DNA of 64,000 nucleotides from assembly GCA_030704615.1 (NCBI GenBank), contig CM060734.1:22754001-22818000 (forward strand), given 5' to 3'. The notes under the pieces are model-generated. The model was not told where the DNA came from and did not search any database. It worked only from the letters and a program-made list of their open reading frames with translations. The position numbers and the translations under genes are program-made. The stretch is from Takakia lepidozioides. Its lineage: Eukaryota > Plantae > Bryophyta. Within the stretch, counting starts at the first letter, position 1; each line of letters starts with the position of its first letter. This document shows, piece by piece, positions 23,761 through 37,500 of this stretch.

Positions 23761-25377
23761 CTGTGAGGATACCGAGCAAAAAGGCGAATTAGCCCAATTT
23801 CACAATGTGCTAAAACATAAACAATAGTGCTGAAAGAGGAAATGGCACAACCTGCCCAAGGGGTGAGGGAGCAAATTCCATGTAATCCAGCGCTATACCA
23901 GACGGTGTCTACGCCGCATGTGGTTCTTTGTCAGTGTGCCTGCTAGCATGTTCAGTCTGTTGCTCAATGTGGGCAGTCTGCTCGGTCGCCGGTTCTTCGT
24001 TAGTCCTTTCGTCTATGAACTGTGCAGTCTGCTAGCAACTCTGCGGTTCAGTCTCTTCATCAATGTGGGCAGTGTGCTCGGTGGCAGGTTGGTCGTCAGT
24101 CCTTCCCTCTGTGAAGTGTGCAGTGTGCTGGTCAGGCCGTGCAGTCTGAAGTGTGCAGTTAGAGCTGAGCTGTGCATTTTGCCGCTCCGAGCCATCCTGG
24201 TCAGTCCTTCCATCTGTGACCTGTGCAGTCTGCTGGTTAGTCTATGGTTCAGTCTGCTCATCAATGAAGACAGTATGCTGCCCCGCCACAAGTTGCTCGG
24301 CAGTCCTTCCATGTGTCGACTGTTCAGTGTGCTGGTCAGTCTGGTGGACAGCCGGCTGGGTGTTCGGATCTCCATGGACTTGGGAAACATCAAGAACATG
24401 TATGGAAGACCCACCGACAATTGCTTCCTCAGACTCTTCTGTAAGATCTCTGATACGGTTTTGCGTTCCCAGATTGAGTTCGGTCATCACGTAAGACTCA
24501 TCCATGGCTTTTGCCACTGAGCGCATGAAAACGGGACTAAGCTGGAAGGTCATAGAGGGCAGGCCACGGGGAGCTGGATAAGAATGCTTTACCGGTGACC
24601 TGATGACATCGTCAGTGAATGTGCCTGGGGGAAAAGTGGACTCGATCAAAACACTCATACTGACAGATCCAAAAACATGTTGTTGGGAACTCAGCAGAAA
24701 CTCGTCCACAGGGTCCCGGTGAGGCCAGTGCATCCGAGTCTGTTGCACAATCCAGGGAACAGACTGGCTGGGGGGTTGCTATTCCATATGCACAGGTTGC
24801 GTGCATGCATGCACAAAATCCCTTATTATATATGCATGTGACAAATTTGTATGCACACATTGTAGATTGTATGCAGTGGAGTTATATAACATAGAATACG
24901 ATGTATTTATTGCATATGCAAATGTTACATCATATGTATATAGAAAAAATAAAAATAAAAATCTTAGCTAACAAAATCAGTAGTCAATGGTCAAAGATGC
25001 ATGTGACCACTAACTCCAACTAATGCACCACCTTAAACTGAAGAGAATACAAGATCCCTGGCCAAAGTAATAGTTTGCAAACTTGTATTCAAGGAAAACA
25101 GTTTCATATTAACCAAAATATGGATACTAACAAATGCATATGTGTCATGTTTGGAACCACCACATTGCATGTCTGTTTGTAATGCCAAGCAGTTCTATAA
25201 TTTGAAAACTTGTATGACAAGTACACAAGTTCCATTTTAACCAAAATAGGAACTTTTGTACTAACTAATGCTATGTGTCATGTTTGGAATAAAGTAGTAA
25301 CAAGATAATTACATGTCACATGCATGAAAATGAACGGCACAAGTTAGAGGTTCTTTTTTTGTGCATTTCATGTGTCA

Positions 25378-27860
25378 CTAAGAAGTTGAACTAGGGTCCT
25401 TCTTTAGCATAGCCCTAACCTCTAACTGGCTAAGGGAAGGTTGGTGGATCTCATAAGCCCCGGCGCATCCTAGATGCACGTTGTACATGAAGTACATGTG
25501 CTTACAAGGTAGATATGTTTGTTTTTTCTTCTTGACAGATAGCTCATCAAAGTCGGGACAATCACAAGATGGAAACTGACCAATGTATACATTGTAAACC
25601 AATCCTGCTCTGGTAGATCCCTCTGTTTGTAGCTGGTAAATTCTCCCATAACCTGGCTGAGGCACGTTTCTGAATCCACGAACCTCAACAATAAGAGTCT
25701 CCGCTGACTCTTGGCGACTCAAGTGTCGAGGAGTCGGATCCCGACGCCGAATGCGCACCCCATAGCGTGTAGTGGGATACTTACCCACAGGAAGGACAAC
25801 ACCTTGATGCATATGTTGTTCCACTGGAAGTGGTCCCACAGGAAAGTTCGGATCAGGAACGTTGGGAGGATGGACTAGTCGAAAACCTGCAAGGGTCAAG
25901 TTGTCCACCTCTTCTTGTGTAAGGTTGGTTCCAACCTTCACAGGCCACACGTTAGGTATACCCGGTTTTCCCAAGCAATAGGATGGCACGGTCCCTCCAA
26001 CACACGACAAAACATCTGTGGGGCAAAACCAAAAAACTTGCAGTTTTGGTTCTTTCATGTTCGGTGCTAGTAACTTGCCAGTGAAGCAAGGTGCAGGACT
26101 TCCTTTACCTTTCCTAATGAGCGCTTTGCATTTATCTTTAGAAACTCCAACCAAGGCAGAACAACGAACCATGGAAGCAGGACCTGTCCGCTGAATCCTG
26201 AACAATGCATCGGAAAAGTCTTGTGTCTCTCTCACTGGATTTCCCCATTGCATTGGCTGAGGAGGGATAGCAACATGTGGATTTGTCTCACAGAAAGTCG
26301 AAGAACTAGGAATGTCATGACTTGATTTGGAGCTGACGAACCTAGATGGCTGGTGTGGACTGGGCATCCCAGTGGCGCGCACTGGAACAGTCTTTACATT
26401 CATATCACACCTCCAAGATTCGTTTGGCCCACCATGCTCATCGCCTAACTTGTGTTTGACCGGAATAGTGCGATTGTCTCCCTCCAATTGAACCCCCCTT
26501 GTGTGCATGGGTGTTCCAGCTACTATGCCACGTATAACCTTACCCATTTTTGCTGGGCTATTAGATCTAGCTGCTTGATGCAACATGAGCTCCTCTTTGT
26601 CGGGCCCCGTCCCCCATGTCTTTCCTGTGGTGTGCCTGTAAAATGTTGCCTGCTGCAAAAGAGCTCGTGACATGTCATGCATGGTGGCCTCATATAGATC
26701 CACCTTCATTTTTTTCCCATTGCCTGCTGTCTTCCACCAAGCAGAATGGACTGCCTCCGACAAATTAGTGGTAGGCATATCTGCATCTGCCTCCACATCC
26801 ATGTCCTCTCTCATCCATTGGCCCCACATTCGATATCTGTAGTGCCACCATGCAAGCCATGAATCTAGTTTTGGCAGACTCTTTTCTGTGCATGCTCCTG
26901 AAGAGAGCCACCAAGCCCGAATTGCAATGTATGTGGTTGTAGCATCCTCCAAGGTAGCACTATCTTTCCATTCATAACAGAGCTGAGTGTGCCTTTCACG
27001 GAAGTCCTCCAAGATTTAGTCGTTGGTGTGTCTTCGGAGGCTTTCAGCCCAATGATATAAACATGTTCTTTCTTTACCTTCCATTGGGACATTGGGATCA
27101 GATCCATAAACCCTTCGAACAGCAGCCCAATTCGCTCCTGCTGCATCCGCCATGAAGCCAGCAAAATTTGGTTTGTTCAAGCCAGCAAGTTTTGCTTGTT
27201 CATTGATCATCTCCCATAATAACACCTGAGCATCTGCATCCTCTGTTTTCATATCGCAAATGGCAATGGTCATCATTCGCTTGACATATGGTTCATAGAC
27301 ATGACACGCAAGAGTTGTCCAATCCTTGATGCGTTTGACATGGTCAAATACTACCCAACTTGTGTGTAGATCCCCCTCACTCATGCGACGCACAAGATCA
27401 ACACCACTCCCGGGACCAGCAACAGACATCTTGAAAACATGGGGGAGATGAGAAGTATGCTGACCTGGAAGGAGATTGCTGTGAATGAAATGGTATGTAC
27501 TCAGACGCTTCAACTCCAATATGGACATGATGGAATTGACACGTGCAGATGCGACCTTGTTTTTCACATTGGGGCTACAAACATCGGCAAACTCTTCAAG
27601 AATATCTTCCAAAGCCTCTCCCTCAAGACGTACTGTCTCTGTGCCATCAGCCACAAGAACTTGACAAGGAAATAGCTCCCGGGGTCGACCATGGCTTCAT
27701 CTTAACGTGCTCTTGAATCATGCTTGATGCATTTTCCGCAGCCTCTCTATTCTCGCCCTTGGCACATGGATGGTTATGAAACCCAACGTGAACTGCAACA
27801 CGTGTATATGTTGGAAGGGAACTTGTGACATAGTACATTCTTGCCCCACAATGCGCCCCA
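25378..27860 (-). pseudogene. Mutator-like transposase (GCM-like finger end, DDE core, SWIM)
   Basis: CGARMYYV..HVGFHNHP; WVVFDHVKR; FMADAAGAN; CLYHW (CxxH); TTNLSEAVH; CDCPDF..PCKH. One in-frame stop at 27016 and a frameshift near 27650. Confidence 0.9.
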
Positions 27861-29184
27861 CAGCCCAAAGCACTCCTCCGAAGGGCAGAAAGGAGAAATG
27901 GAAGAGGAAGGGAAATCAACCAGAGCCTGGCCCTCTGGCTGCCCAGCAGGCAGATGCTCAAGTACAGCAGCCTATTCCAAAACCCGACAAGAGGAGTAAG
28001 TTGGTGTCGAAACTAGAGGCAAGCTGCCCTTATGATGCCATTGAGCACCCTTTCAGAATCATTCTCCCATCCAAGGTCGAAATGGTCAATGAGGGATTCC
28101 TTGCCATGATGGAGTCCTCGAAATCTACTTAGACTGGTGCTCCTTTTCCGACCTGGGACAAGCTTTGCGAGTTTCTCAGCTCGGTATGCTGACTATTTTC
28201 TCTTCTTCCAATTCTTCTGCTTTGTGTGGCATTTGTTTTTTTCTATTTCTTCGATATTTCCTCATTTCTGTGTGGGATTCCTCGCTTACAGACATCCAAC
28301 AACCCTTCTTGGGTGAATGGTGCAAAGAAATCCTTTGCTGCGGAGTTAATTATTCTGGATATTCCGGACGGGCTTCCAGTTCCGGATATAGCTCCAATAG
28401 ATGCCTCGCCTTTGTGGAATTCTTTTGATGAAAGATACGGTCGCTAGGTATCCTCCTTCTGCAACTTTTTCCTTTCCGATTCCGGAGTTCTTTTCCTCAT
28501 GCAGTCGATCAACATATGGTGTTGTCAAGCTCTAGCCAGTTATTTGAAAGCCTCTGGAATGTGGATCTACTGAAGACTTGGAATTGTGAACAGTCTGTAT
28601 GTGACCAAGGGAGATTCTCCAGGCCAGATGGTAGTTCACTGACCCATTTTTTGTTTCCTCTTATTTGTTTTTGCAATTCTTTTGTACCCTCTGAAGCTGT
28701 ATGCGTTGATGCACACAATTTTAGTGAACCCCTCTCCCATTGTCACTTTGTTGTCTTTCCAACATTTTCTGAGCTAAATACATTCCCCGCCTCTGAAAAT
28801 TGCATTGCGTTTGTTGGAAATTCCTGATCGTATCCTCCTTGATGCAGACTCGTCTTTTCGAGGCCATTTGCCTGGTCAAAGTGCATCTGCCTTGCATTCC
28901 TGCCTCTGTTGAGGAGTTCGAGATTCATGGTGGAAGGGGCTTCATTGACAAGAAGTGCGACCCTATTGTGGACGACATGCTGTACAACTACGTCGATTCC
29001 AACATATGTTTGAGGAGGCCAAACGCAACCCTATTGGCGATCATGCCACAAGGTCTTATGTTTTAAGAGATTTTCTGTCCATACGGTTAGTGCTAGTTCC
29101 TTGGAGAGGGGCCCAGGAGAAAAGCCCGACCTTTGTCCAGACTCTTATAGAGGCTTGCAGCAAAACGAGAAGCCGCGTTGTTCA

Positions 29185-29750
29185 TTTGGCACCGAATTTC
29201 CAGGTGGCCTTCTCTCCCCCCGATAAGCTTTCATCCAAACCCCCTGGATGGAAATGCGGCACCGAATTTCCATCCGAGGGGATGAAGTTGGGCTGTCAGT
29301 TAGCCCTCTCTCCCCCCCAGAAGCTTTCATCCAACCCCCCGAATGGAAATGCGGCACCGAATTTCCATCCGGGGGGATGAAGTTGGGCTGCCAGCTGGCC
29401 TTCTCTCCCCCCGATAAGCTTTCATCCACCCCCACCGGATGGAAATTTGGCACCGAATTTCCATCCGGAGGGATGAAGTTGGGCTGCCAGCTGGCCTCGT
29501 CTCCCCACGAGAAGCTTTCATCCACCCCCACCGGATGCCCGAGAAGCTTTCATCTACCCCCCCCCGGATGGAAATTCGGCACCGAATTTCCATCCGGGGG
29601 GATGAAGTTGGGCCCCAGATGGTGATCTCTCCCTCCGATATGCTATCATCCAACCCCTGAGGATGGAAATGCGGCACCGCATTTCCATCCACGGGGATGA
29701 AGTTGGCCCCCCACATGGCGATCTCTCCTCGCGATATGCTATCATCCTAC
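29185..29750. repeat. ~95-bp tandem units containing palindrome GGATGGAAAT-GCGGCACCGA-ATTTCCATCC; further copies at 30660-30925
   Basis: Units at approximately 29250, 29345, 29440, 29570 and 29664; related copies at about 30748, 30803 and 30898. Confidence 0.9.
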
Positions 29751-31231
29751 CCCCGGACCCTATATAGTTCATTCTTAGTGAGAGCCATTTCCACACAATC
29801 CCCATTTCCCCTTTGCCGCTTCTTTCCTCAATCTGTCGCTCGTTTCTATCGGGTGTGGTGCTGCAAGTTGCCCATGGCTTGAACATGAGGGAGGACATTC
29901 TGCCCGTGTTGGTGACATTGCTGTCTTATTATGTCCAAGTCCACTTTTCAGCAGCTCCCCGCCTCGACACCATGTGTCCATACATGTCCACGAATGGACA
30001 CGAGATCTACTAGACAGGTGGGGAGACGACCCGCGAAGTGGTATTTGGCGACTGTGGAATGTGCGGATCATGGACACGGATTTGCCCCTATCCAAGGACC
30101 TGGATAGATATCGTGTTGCAATTGCACACAAGTGGAAGTGTTGCCAGTGGATATCATCTCCATGCAGTACAACTGAGAGTTCTATCCGGACCCAGCATCG
30201 TTTGGGGATGTTTGGATCAGGGGCATGAGGAGTTGAACGGACATTCCGAGCCCGCAGTTTTGATCCATTTCTTCAATGGGTGCGACGATTTGAAGGAAGA
30301 CGAGGTGGTGGTGCACTTCGATCAGATCCGCCACCAAGCACACTTTGTTTTCACGAGGTTGCTTGAAGAAGGTCGTCAGGACATGATAGTTACAGTAAAT
30401 ACCTAGTTACAGTGTTACAGTGAACACATTTTGCATCAGCATGTTTATGTTCTCTGCAATCCGGTCTCTGTTTAAGTTTCAGTGTGTAGGAGTCTCTGCA
30501 TGTATTGATGTCGGCTGCTATGTCGAGATCCGTTGTATCCGGGGAAGCATGACAATGAATTTAAACTTCGGGGTTTCAATATGGAATTTGAAAAATCATT
30601 GCTAAACCTCCAGCAAGGTGGTTCTTTTCACCTTGTCCACCATTCCAGGTTCCAGGTTCCAGGTACCACATTTCCATCCCGGGGGATGATAAAGGGTCTG
30701 AAGTTGGTGCCACCTCCGCCCAACATTGTTTCGTCCCACCCCGCTTCATGGAAATGCGGCGCCGAATTTCCATCCATGTTGGTCTCATCCAAGCCCGCTG
30801 GATGGAAATGCGGTGCCGCATTTACACCCAGAGGGATCATAAAGTGCGGCCTGCTATTGCATTCTCCTTCCGAGAAGGTTTTATGCAGCCGACCAAGATG
30901 GAAATGCGGCGCCGAATTCCCAGGTCAGGGGATATTAAATGGTGTTTTCTGGATTGCCACTTGTCCAATATCCCCCATTTTCTCCCGCCCGTTCCAAATG
31001 TCACCAGTAGGACCAGTCCCGGGCCCCACTTGAGTGTTGATTCCGCACACTTCTCGCAGTTGCCGCACGGCCCCTCGCGAAGATCTCCGCCTTCAACTCT
31101 TCCCTCTCCCCTGCAATGAGAGCCTCCCAAGATTCCTGTCCAGCCCCAACAAAGACACTATAAATGTTAATGAACTCCATACCGCAATGAACATGCATTC
31201 AAAGAGGCCAATGACAAAGTGATGCGTCTTA

Positions 31232-32170
31232 CCTTGGTTATTCCATGTGGCATGGTCGTTGGTTGGACCCCTACCTTGAGTGCCTTGCGAATGGTTTGTC
31301 GCGCACGGTGACTCTTGTCCTTGAGGTTCTTACCCACCAGCTCCAAGAGCTTCCCCTCATTCCACTCACCCGGAAATTGGCCCTCAAGTGCTTGCATGAA
31401 TGCTCGCCTATGGCAATCAACATGCCAAGGGAACCACCTCGCCGCCAAGTCGAAGGCCTGTTTTTTCATGGCCTCCCAATACTCACCAATGGGGTCACCA
31501 ACCTTATTGGTCTCTAAGGGGGGCACCACCATCTTTGGCAAATCAGGGACGCGGGGACTCGAGGTCTTTACCTCGTCCACGCTCTTCTGAACTACCTCTC
31601 CCTTGTCTTTTGTTGCCCCACTAGTGCCCTCCCCCGGCTGCACCTCTCTCCTTCTACGCCTCTTTCTCTTGGGCTCCCTCTCGTGGGCCCGTCCCTTCCC
31701 CGTCCCCTCCACTACTTCCCTCCCTTCCTCCACTACTTGCCTACCCTCCTTGATGACTAGGAACACAAAACCCACAAAATTAGAAACAAACCAGAAACAA
31801 AATGAAAAACAAAGGAACAAAAACAAGGTGAAGGAAAATGGCTCACCTTTGCGTCCATGAGCTCAATGTTGCCCTCGGTCCCCGCTTGTGGTGCAACCCC
31901 CATAAGGCCCTCTCGGAATAAGGGTGGAAGCCTGTCCCATGCACTCAATAGGCTTGCAAGCGGCGCCCCAAAGTCCAGGGTCTTCTTCATTGACCGTTCG
32001 GGCGACGGACTTCGCAAGGGGCCCTCCAAAGCCAGTGTCTCCCTCTCCTCTTCCCCTTCCCTTTTCCGTGCCCCCCATTTCCCTCTTCCCTCTTCTTGTC
32101 TTCCTCCCTCGTCCTTTCCTCCTCCTTCCACCTCATTGCGGCCTCCTTTGAAGCCTCCCTCTTCTCCCAA
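31232..32170 (-). pseudogene. Spliced fragment resembling a plant CACTA TnpA/Transposase_24-type accessory protein
   Basis: Charged N-terminus, apparent intron ~31757-31847, and LEGQFPGEWNE..LKDKSHRARQTIRK..PHGITK. Family assignment is by resemblance only. Confidence 0.4.
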
Positions 32171-32208
32171 GGTGAGGAGGAACCCCCCCCCCCCCCCCCC
32201 CTCCCCCC

Positions 32209-32990
32209 TTATGAGCTGATAGCCTCTTTGTCGGTGATCTTCGACCTGCTCTTCTTTGGGATTCTAACTTGGGACTTGATAAGGACGTTGTCAATTCGGA
32301 TGCCCAAGTTCATGATTCGTGTGCGCGTGTCCTCGGTAGCAAGATTAATAAAGCCGAAGGACAATTCGGGGTTGGGTTTGTAGACGTGCAGGATTTCAAA
32401 GTTATCGCTCGGGTCATAAGTCTCTGTCATAAAATGCATGGCAAGCTGAGTGCCCACCATGCCCTGCAGGATCTCGCACTCAGAGGGAGGAATGCCCAAA
32501 AGTAGCAGTTGCTCCATGGTATGCATACATCTCCATGTTCTGGTATCCATACCAGAGATGGTGGGCTGTTTTGTTGCTGTTGACTTCCAGGGGTTGCCGC
32601 TCGGAAGTCCCTGTGAGATGATTACGTGACTTTTTCGAGTCCGAAGGGGCTGGAGCAGCTGCACTGGTGACCTCGCTCAAGGACCTTTTGGGACACTGGC
32701 TTGAGGAAGTAGAGATCCCCATAGGCCTGTTGCTGGGAGGGGCCAATGGGACCGGTCCATGGTATCAGGCATTTGGGCGTCATGTGGTGGCTGAATGGCT
32801 GATTTGGTGTTGGACGTTGGGGGTGGCCCAGGAGGTACGTTGCGAGCTGTCGGGGCAGGGGTGTGCTTATCAGCAGCCAGCATGGGTACCGTCGAGGATG
32901 GCGTGATGAGCTTTCGTTGAATAATTTCTTCGTGGAGGCCATGTTTTTGGGTCTAGATTTGGGGGACGTAGATAGAATTGGCGGGGAGGA
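32209..32990 (-). pseudogene. LINE ORF1-like protein start (low-complexity N-terminus plus RRM-like segment), truncated
   Basis: SFGFINLATEDTRTRIMNLGIRIDNVLI resembles the RNP1-helix-strand of non-LTR ORF1p. Multiple frameshifts. Confidence 0.4.
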
Positions 32991-34522
32991 CATATGTGCA
33001 GGGAGAGAGGAGGCAGGGAGGGGAGCAGCTGCTGCGTGGGTACTACGGATACTAGAGACGAGAAACCAGAGAGGTGGAGAGAGAGAAGCAAGGGGAGGTG
33101 GAGAAAGCTGATGAGTATGCAGTAGAGTCCGAGAGAACCAGCTGCGAATGTGACAATCAGGGGTGGATTCGACAGATGTATAGTGTGCTGCATGGGGGCA
33201 GGGTGGCGGAGGTGTTTGCATGTAGTAATTAATTGCAGGCGGCTTGGGGCAGACATGAGCGTTCAATTCAGGGGTTGCGGAGATGGTTTGTAAGTAATGT
33301 TTGGCTGCATACTTATTAAGTGCTAGAGGGGTAGTGTAGCATCCAGGATTTTGGGTAATGTGGATGGAGGTGAATAAATTGGAAGAGATGAGGGCACCAG
33401 TGTAGTATTGGTCATGATAGTGGGGGGTATTAATGAGATGGTGGCTCATCCATTGATAGCAAGTGTGGGAGGGGACACAGGTAGAGTTTGTCTTGTCATT
33501 GTTAATGGAGCCAGAGGAAGGGAGACGGCTGTCTGATAAATGGCTGGTGGAACTTCTGTACTGATGGAAGATATTGATAAGGTTATGAGTGGTGTTTGTC
33601 AAGGGACTTGTGGAATTTGGGTGTAGAGTGAGTAAAGTGAGGATGGTGGGAGAAGGAGTTAGAGGGGGGTAGATGCGAGGAAGCGCGATGATTGGTGGGC
33701 GATTTGGGACATAGCAGGGGAGGGGGGACGTTGGATGATGAGTCAGCTTGGAGTGAAGGATATGCTGCGGGGGGTGGATATATAGTGGGTGTAAGCTTAA
33801 TGGTCCCTATGGACAGGAGGGTGTGTGGTTTAATGGGGAAGCAGTTGTGTTGAAAATAAGACCTGCTTGTGGTATGACGCAAGTGTGGAGAGTGGCTGAG
33901 GTAAAGGACACGGGGAATTGTAATCATTGGGTAAGGGAGGGGGTTGAGCGGTAAATCAAGGTGGTGGTAGCGGGCCAAGAGTATAGGGGTAGTGGTGTTA
34001 ATGGTATGCAATGTTTGTGTTTGTGTTTTGGAGTACTGTGAGTAATAAGAGAAGTGTGGGTATAGTATGGTCTGGTAACCATTGAGAGTATTGTATCCAT
34101 GAGAAAAGTAGGGGTTGGAGCAGGCAGCCGCCCTTCCAACAGTCAATTTAACAAGATTTACGGATTGTAAAAAAATAGAGACTGTGCTAACTGATGAATT
34201 GGGTCTTTGTATAAGGGTCTGCTGCAGCAAAGCACAGATGGGGGATGGAAATGATAGAGGAGAAGAGGAGGTGTTGCGCTGGATATTCTTTTAGTACACG
34301 AAGAGCTTTAGCGAGAGCTGGGTATTGGCAACTAGGTAGACCAAAGGTGGCGATTGGCTGTGTAGGTGTATGACTAGCAAGTAATGAGTTGGGGAGGAGG
34401 GGAGAGAAGTGATCATAGAGATGTTGATATGCCGGCATAAGTGAGACAGTGTTCTGTTGAAAGTATAACGCGTACCTCTCCTGTGGGTCAGTGGGGAGTT
34501 CACCAATGATATCGTTAGTGAC

Positions 34523-34582
34523 GGGGCCTGGGTTTGGATGGATGTCGCCACATCGCATTAGTATAAGTGTTGCGCATGCAAG
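34523..34582 (-). other. 2A-like (stop-go) peptide motif
   Basis: LACATLILMRCGDIHPNPGP within ORF 34187-35365. Confidence 0.65.
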
Positions 34583-37500
34583 CTTAAATTGATTATGGGG
34601 TGACGGAGGGTGGGGTACAGAGTGTTTAGATGCGGGGGGGTATTTGATGGTACCGACCATGCGGGCAGTGGGTAATAAGATAGGTGTTGGGAGATCGATA
34701 GACATGTGTAAATGAGGGATGGGTGATGGGGGGATGCGGGTGAGATATATTGTGAGGGGTATTTTTGTGTGTAATAGTAGAGCTGGTCGTAGATGCATGT
34801 GAGGGGGGGTCAATTGTTGGGTAGTTTGTGTGTGACAAGCGGTTTTTTTAGGGCTTATGTTATGAGGATGGCAAAGGTGTATTATGGGTCGTGGGTAAAT
34901 GATGGTTGTAATATTTAATGTGGCGGGTGTAAGATAAGTGGGCGAGGGACCTGGGTGGATGCCATCGAGTAGGGGCATGGATGAGAAGGCATGTGGGTGG
35001 GTAACGTTGCGGTGGTATGTGGCGGGGTGATGAGTGTGGTGTAAAATTGTTTTGAATGAGAACAGAGAGTAAAGATCATGGTGTAAAATTGTTTGGAAAG
35101 GGTATGGATAGCAGTATAGTGAGGTAGCCTTTTTCCGAGGTAACATTTGCCTGAGGTAGTATTTTCCCGAGGTAACATTAGCGAGGTGCCATATGTGAAA
35201 TGATGTAATATGGAGTGCCTTAACCACAATCTTGGAAAGTACTGTGTAATGGGGTGGGCATGGGTATATTGTGGGTGTGGGGAGTAAAGTATTGGACGGG
35301 GCGAAAATTTGGTGGGTGGGCGGATGGAAGTAGCTGCGGGGAGATTCAGATGGGGGTATTTGCAAATGATAAGTCGATGGGGAGGGGTTAGTAGGCTGAG
35401 AGTGGAATTGTGACGTAGGGTAGGTAGCCGTAGATAAACAATATGTAGCGGGGAGGTGGGTGCGCTGGAGTCCCTCGTGGTGGATGATAGAATATGGATG
35501 AAAGTGGAGATGAGATGGGTAGTGGTAGTTGGGTGTATATCAACGAATTATCAACGAATGTGTTTGGTGTAAGATTGTGTAGCAGTATCAGACATAGAGA
35601 GAGGGGGCACGCCAGTTTGAACAGGCGATGAATGTGTGCTGGTGTAACAGCATTTTGATAAGGTTGATAAGGTAGCGTGAGGAAGTGGGATGAGTCAGTA
35701 GTGTGAGAGAGTACGGTGAGAAAGTAATGTGAGGTAATGATGTGAGGTAATCCTGTGAGGATATTGTGGTAGTGTGAGTACATATTGTGAGGAAATCGTG
35801 TGAGTGTGGTGTGCTGGGTATAAGCCAGACTTTGATAGAACCCAGGTGGGTTTTTAAAAGTGTCATAGACAAAAATATGAAATGAATATCACAATCCAGA
35901 AGCATCATCTTGACTAAGCAAACGAGTTGTGCAACACTTGGTGGAGCATGAGTCTAGTGGCATAAAATGACCACATGAGGGCAGCAGATGGGCTGATAAT
36001 TCGGTTGTGGGGGCGCATAGTGGTACATTGGTGCATTCCTGGGGAGGATGGTGATGAGCGGCAGTTGAGCATGGGATCGCTAGCTGTACCTGTGTTGAGC
36101 CCAGGCTTGGTGTGGTAGCTTTCCAATCTGCAGGTGCAATGGGGACGCCAGAGTGAAGCATAACAGTTAAGGGCCCGCTTGGGTTTGAGTTCAGGAAGCC
36201 TGTGCAGTGGAACACTATCTCTGGAGCATAGCTAAGTATGCAAGTAGCGTACAGCCTAGAGGTATGGAAAGTAGGTGCGGAAACTGGGGGTACAAGAGCA
36301 GAGTGATGCAGGGGGAATACAGACATTGGGGGGTGGAGCTAGCAACAGGGCAGTCAACCTGAACAGAGGCTTGTGGCAGGCATCAAGATTAACAAGAAAG
36401 GTGGAGGGTTGGAGGGTAGCTTCCCTGGGGGACAGGATTTGGCATGTAGGTGGGGCAGTCTGAAGAAAGCAAACAGACGGGGGGGGCCGTGGGGAGTGTA
36501 CGAGGGGAGGCGGCGTCGCTGTTACATGAGTCCAGATCTGATGAGGGCAGCAGACCGTTGGTACGGGGTAGGGCCGAGTTGGGGGGTCGTCAGTTACATA
36601 GCAGGGGATGGCTGCACTCGTTTGTAGAGTGTCAACACCGCTGCCGGATATGGCAAACCATACAAAGGGATCATCTCTGTGCACATATTTGACATTGTCA
36701 GTCCAATTGTGTCGCCCCGTAAAGAAAACCAACCATGTGGACAGTCTGGTGTTAAAGAGGCTAAAGGTTTGCTTACTCTCAGGCGTGTGTTGAAAGATGA
36801 AAACTAGCGGGGTTGTAGCAGACCAGGGGATGTAAAGAGAAAGCCCAGAGCAGGATGCATGATGCAGCATTGAAGAAGGCAGGGGTGACATACCTGGCAG
36901 TAATTGAGCAAGGAGAAAGCCATTGAGTGAGTTGGGATCCAGCACCATGCCTGGTGACAGGGAGAGTCGTTGGGGTAACATGAGTAGAGTTGGTGTGGGA
37001 TTGGCAAGGCAGCTTCGAGCAAGCTGTGTACCATCAGGGCATGGAGCAAGACCTTGGCCTCCGACATTTCAGTTTGGAGATGAGCACATGACAGGGGTAC
37101 AGGAAAGGGCCTAGTGAACGCTTTAGTGCGAATACTTATAGCATCTCCACGGTGAGCACGGCACGTCAAACGCTATATGCCTTGTTTACAGGGCAAAATT
37201 GAGATGAATTGACGGGTATATTGCGAGTGAGGGGGGATAGCACCTGGGGGGAAACTTCCCTTGGTGCTTTGAATTGTTGAGCTGGTGTATGATAGGTTGT
37301 AAGCTTGCGAGTGTTGGTTGTCCGATCTGTCGTGCGCACAGACTCAAAAACGGACAGCCGTGCAGGAAACCTGAAATCCAGCTTAGCAAACATAGTACTA
37401 ATTCAATCAGATAATTCCACCCAGTCAGAGTATGTGCTATTAATGTAAGGGGGCCAATCTGTATCTGACATAGTGTAAGAGAGAGAGTCTAAAGCAACTG

